A stretch of DNA of 64,000 bases from Bacteroidales bacterium (GTDB lineage: Bacteria; Bacteroidota; Bacteroidia; Bacteroidales; UBA7960). The position numbers and the translations under genes are program-made. Position 1 is the stretch's first letter. Each line of letters opens with the position of its first letter. Shown piece after piece: positions 60,637 to 64,000 of this stretch. Below the pieces are notes generated by a model, which had not been told where the DNA came from, searched no databases, and saw only the letters and a program-made list of their open reading frames with translations. The DNA is taken from assembly GCA_046291875.1 (NCBI GenBank), contig JBKBSF010000003.1:13025-77024 (forward strand), read 5' to 3'.

Positions 60637-62208
60637 ATGCTGGACTTTCAAAAAAGACTTACCAATACCTTCTATGCTGTGTTGAGCTTACCTGCCACAG
60701 CAATGGGTTTTGGTCTTGTGGTACAGATAGCTGCACTGAGCTGGCTTCTGAGCACTAAATATGGCCTCAATTTGCAGGAAATTGGCCTGGTATGGGCCAC
60801 CGGGCCCCTGGCAGGAATTCTGGGCCAGGTAATCATTGGTATTGTTAGCGACAATGTGTGGGTGTGGAATGGCCGCAGACGGATATTCATCTGGATTGGA
60901 GGGGTGATTGCTGCACTGGGTTTGCTGGCTTTACCCAACATTGGTCTGATACAAAATGTACTGGGCCTGGAGGGTGTTTTGGGGATTGCCATTATCGTAT
61001 CTCTTTCTATCGACCTGGCTATCAACGTGAGCTTCAACCCCACCCGGTCGCTCATTGCCGATGTAACCCCCGAAGGCCGACCCAGAACCAAGGGCTTCAG
61101 CTGGATGCAGACCATCTCAGGGTCCTTTGGCGTACTGGGATACTTCATCGGAGCAGTATTTAACAACTATGTGCTGATCTATTTTGGAGTCTTCCTGGTA
61201 TTTGCATTTTCTATTCTTCCTCCGTTTTTCGTTAAGGAACCTCGTGTACTGGGGGCATCGGGAGATAAAGCGGATGCCGGCAACAAGGAAGATCTTACCG
61301 ATCGCGTACCCCCCAGGACAAAGACTTCGCTGGTTGAGATCATGAGGACCATTCTACCCTTGTGGGGATACCTGATCTATGCAATCTACATCATCCTGAC
61401 CAAGATCACCCCCATGCCGCGGATTCCGGGCTACAAACTGGAAATGTTTGCCGCCGCCCTTACGGTAGTATTGATCTTTTATACCCTTGCCAGAAAAGAA
61501 AAGGGTATTTCCAGAAGCCGCGACGGGGTTATTGGTTTTCGCAAGGTACTGGCCGCCCATTCTTTTACATGGATAGGTGTTCAGGCTATGTTTATTTATT
61601 TCTTCTCGTTTGTAAAGTACCGGATCCCAGAGCTCTCAGGAGATACTTTTGATCAGAGTTATCTTGCCACCTTTCTGGCCAGTGCGTCTGATGTGCAAGG
61701 GTTCGATGATGTAAAAAATCTTATCGGATCCATTACCAACTGGAGCTTCTTGTCGCTCAATCTTGTGGCGGCTATTATTCCGGTATTGTTGCTTGAGCCG
61801 GTTGCTGCCCGCTATGGCCGGGTAAAGACCCATGCAACCTCTTTGCTCTTTCTCACTTTGGGCTACCTGGGACTTTATTTTGCTGGGTTCAGCCCGGCAC
61901 TGATCTATACCTTTATGGCCGTTGCGGGTATTGGTTGGGCAGCTACGATCTCCCTGCCTTTTGCCATCATGTCGCAAAAGATCCCGCAAACCAAAATGGG
62001 TATGTACATGGGCCTGTTCAACCTTTCCGTTGTACTGCCACAGTTTGTGGCCAGCTTTGCCGTGGGAGAATACCTGGACCAGACAGCCAATCAGGCTTCA
62101 TTGTTCTTGATTTGTGCTTCAACCGTTGCCATTTCTGCCATTCTGTGGTATACAGTAAAAGAACCCGTTGATGTTTATACTGAGCATCCTCTGGTAATGG
62201 AAGAATAA
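60637..62208 (+). CDS. MFS sugar transporter (SLC45/maltose-permease-like)
   Basis: GPLAG..Q...G..SD, GRRR.F, GMYMGLFNLSVVLPQ; about 12-14 TM helices. Confidence 0.82.
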   Translation: MLDFQKRLTNTFYAVLSLPATAMGFGLVVQIAALSWLLSTKYGLNLQEIGLVWATGPLAGILGQVIIGIVSDNVWVWNGRRRIFIWIGGVIAALGLLALPNIGLIQNVLGLEGVLGIAIIVSLSIDLAINVSFNPTRSLIADVTPEGRPRTKGFSWMQTISGSFGVLGYFIGAVFNNYVLIYFGVFLVFAFSILPPFFVKEPRVLGASGDKADAGNKEDLTDRVPPRTKTSLVEIMRTILPLWGYLIYAIYIILTKITPMPRIPGYKLEMFAAALTVVLIFYTLARKEKGISRSRDGVIGFRKVLAAHSFTWIGVQAMFIYFFSFVKYRIPELSGDTFDQSYLATFLASASDVQGFDDVKNLIGSITNWSFLSLNLVAAIIPVLLLEPVAARYGRVKTHATSLLFLTLGYLGLYFAGFSPALIYTFMAVAGIGWAATISLPFAIMSQKIPQTKMGMYMGLFNLSVVLPQFVASFAVGEYLDQTANQASLFLICASTVAISAILWYTVKEPVDVYTEHPLVMEE

Positions 62209-62302
62209 CAACCCATGGGAAGAGCTCGCCCGGATGATAAATGGAAACAAGGGAGTGGTTCTTCTTATAATAAAATAATATCGTACCTCTGAAATTTGTA
62301 TT

Positions 62303-62343
62303 TTTGGGGTTGCCGGAATCCTAAGAAATCCGGCAACCCCAAA
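62303..62343. terminator. Strong hairpin, probable terminator
   Basis: TTTGGGGTTGCCGGA...TCCGGCAACCCCAAA inverted repeat. Confidence 0.65.
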
Positions 62344-62367
62344 TTGTTAAACCAACCCGATCTTCCA

Positions 62368-62637
62368 TGAAACGAGCATGACCACTTCGGCTCACAAAAA
62401 ACAATGAACCGAAGCTTGACTTAGTCAAAAAACCACATGCAAGTTCCACCGCAAAGGCGGGGCAGGTATACGTCCAATGAAACTTGCATGAGCAGTACCG
62501 CTCACAAAAAAAAGATGAACCGATGCTCGAAGCAGTCAAAATTAGCATGCAAGTTCCCCCGCAAAGGCGGGGCAGGCATACGACCAATTACTTAAACAAT
62601 TTATTTTCTGATGAATTAACTAAATTATTTTCTGATG
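62368..62637 (+). repeat. Two tandem copies (B 62368-62477, C 62478-62587) of the 110-bp repeat plus a tail ending at the ATG
   Basis: Direct alignment with each other and with 17618-17727. Confidence 0.92.
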
Positions 62638-64000
62638 CAAAAAATTCTTTTCTTATTGCTTATCCCTGTATTGTTTGCCTGCAGCAGCCAAACAACTACC
62701 CAAACCACAGTAAAGCTGCATCTGTCCAACGCAGAATTTGACGAGGTCAAACTGCAGATCCTGCACGATTACATCACCTACAATTCCGAAGACCTTACTG
62801 CAACGCTCAACGAAGAGGGATACTTCTTTTTTGAGCCCAACCCCGCCAATGCCACCATGGCTTTTCTTACCCTGGGCCGGCAACGGATCTCCTTTTACCT
62901 GGAGCCAGGCGCGCAGGTGCAGATCCATGCGGATATGCACGACTGGAACAACACCCTTTCCTTTGAGGGGTCACTGGCAGCCGAAAACGAATTCCTGAAA
63001 AGATACAACCAGGAAATCGCTCCCCGCTTCAGCCAGCAGCAAACCTTTGCCATGTATCGCGAGGCCGGCCCCGAAGAGTTTGCCCATTATGCCGGGCAAA
63101 TGTTTATCGAAGGCACAGCCTTTATGGATGATTTCCACCGCGAAAACCCCCTGGGCGAAACTTTCAGACAGTATTTTGATACCCATATCTCTTACCAGGT
63201 GTATCGCAACCTTGTAAACTATCCCAGCTATCGCCAATGGTTTGCTCAACTGGAAGAAAAGCCGGTATTGCCCGATGATTTCTTCGACTTCCTGGCCGAT
63301 GCTATGGATTTTGACGATAACAAGCTTATCATTCCCGCATATACAAGCTTCCTGGGCGATCTGCTCACTTACCTGCAGGAAAAACACAAAGATCAGATCC
63401 CTGCAGAGCTGACTGCCTTTGAACAGCGCATGTGGATCGCAGACGAATTCTTTACCGGCAAAACCCGCGACTATGTTAAGGTTTCCTTGATAGTATCTGA
63501 GCTGAACCATGGAAATTTTGCCAACGGCCAGGCCGCTTACGAACAATTCAAAGCCTCATCAAACAGCCAGGAGTACAAAGCTATGCTGGCCGGTGTGTAT
63601 GAAAAAGCCAGCAGGGTAGCCCCCGGACAACCCGCCCCCTCTTTTACGCTCACAAGCATTGAGGGCGAAGAAGTGTCGCTGGAAGATTTCAAAGGCAAAG
63701 TGGTTTACCTGGACTTCTGGGCCAGCTGGTGCGGACCCTGCATGCGTGAAGTGCCTTTTGCCAAAGAACTGAAAAAACGGTTTGAAGGGGAAAATGACCT
63801 GGTATTTCTGTATGTTTCGGTTGATGAGGATGAGGAAGCTTGGCGCCGCACTGTTGCCCAGCAGGAGATACAAGGAGTGCATGTGAATGTAAAAGGGATG
63901 CGCCATGATATTGCACAACTCTATAATGTTCAGGGAGTGCCCTCGTTCTTTATCATCGACCGCAATGGCATGATCCACAACAACAACCCCAGCCGCCCTT
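62635..64000 (+). CDS. TlpA-family thiol-disulfide oxidoreductase lipoprotein (runs off the window end)
   Basis: MQKILFLLLIPVLFAC lipobox; same-frame C-terminal APSFTL...GKVVYLDFWASWCGPC. Confidence 0.88.
   Translation, partial: MQKILFLLLIPVLFACSSQTTTQTTVKLHLSNAEFDEVKLQILHDYITYNSEDLTATLNEEGYFFFEPNPANATMAFLTLGRQRISFYLEPGAQVQIHADMHDWNNTLSFEGSLAAENEFLKRYNQEIAPRFSQQQTFAMYREAGPEEFAHYAGQMFIEGTAFMDDFHRENPLGETFRQYFDTHISYQVYRNLVNYPSYRQWFAQLEEKPVLPDDFFDFLADAMDFDDNKLIIPAYTSFLGDLLTYLQEKHKDQIPAELTAFEQRMWIADEFFTGKTRDYVKVSLIVSELNHGNFANGQAAYEQFKASSNSQEYKAMLAGVYEKASRVAPGQPAPSFTLTSIEGEEVSLEDFKGKVVYLDFWASWCGPCMREVPFAKELKKRFEGENDLVFLYVSVDEDEEAWRRTVAQQEIQGVHVNVKGMRHDIAQLYNVQGVPSFFIIDRNGMIHNNNPSRP

Noticed and set aside
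62368-62587. CRISPR array
   Set aside because: The units are 110 bp and similar along their whole length, with no unique spacers; no cas genes in the window.

Overview
Chromosomal segment of a Bacteroidota (Bacteroidales-like) bacterium, judged from the gene content and TAnnTTTG -7 promoter motifs. Housekeeping genes occupy both flanks: lipA end, an interrupted lipB, menA-like, xseB, sufE, gcvH, tonB, recG, TonB-dependent receptor and polyprenyl synthase on the left; era, tex, crtI-crtB-crtD, two PAS sensor kinases, M20 peptidase, acyl-CoA ligase, ugd, der, an MFS transporter and TlpA on the right. Between them lies a ~19 kb, largely AT-rich accessory island (~20.7-39.6 kb) next to the 3' end of tRNA-fMet. 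The island carries a type I R-M operon with an embedded AlbA_2 (Schlafen-like) gene, a Gabija-like OLD nuclease/UvrD pair and an ImmA/IrrE + DUF4411 pair. The most notable signal is at 20.8-25.8 kb: an integron-like cassette array with no integrase in the window. Two 123-bp promoter-bearing leaders each stop exactly at a GTT core, and each core is the perfect 9-bp reverse complement of the ...AAC that opens a 150-190-bp attC-like inverted-repeat element after the gene. A second unexplained element is a structured 110-bp repeat (3 copies) with a conserved tail ending at the ATG of two unrelated lipoprotein genes. All calls come from reading the sequence; no database searches were run.
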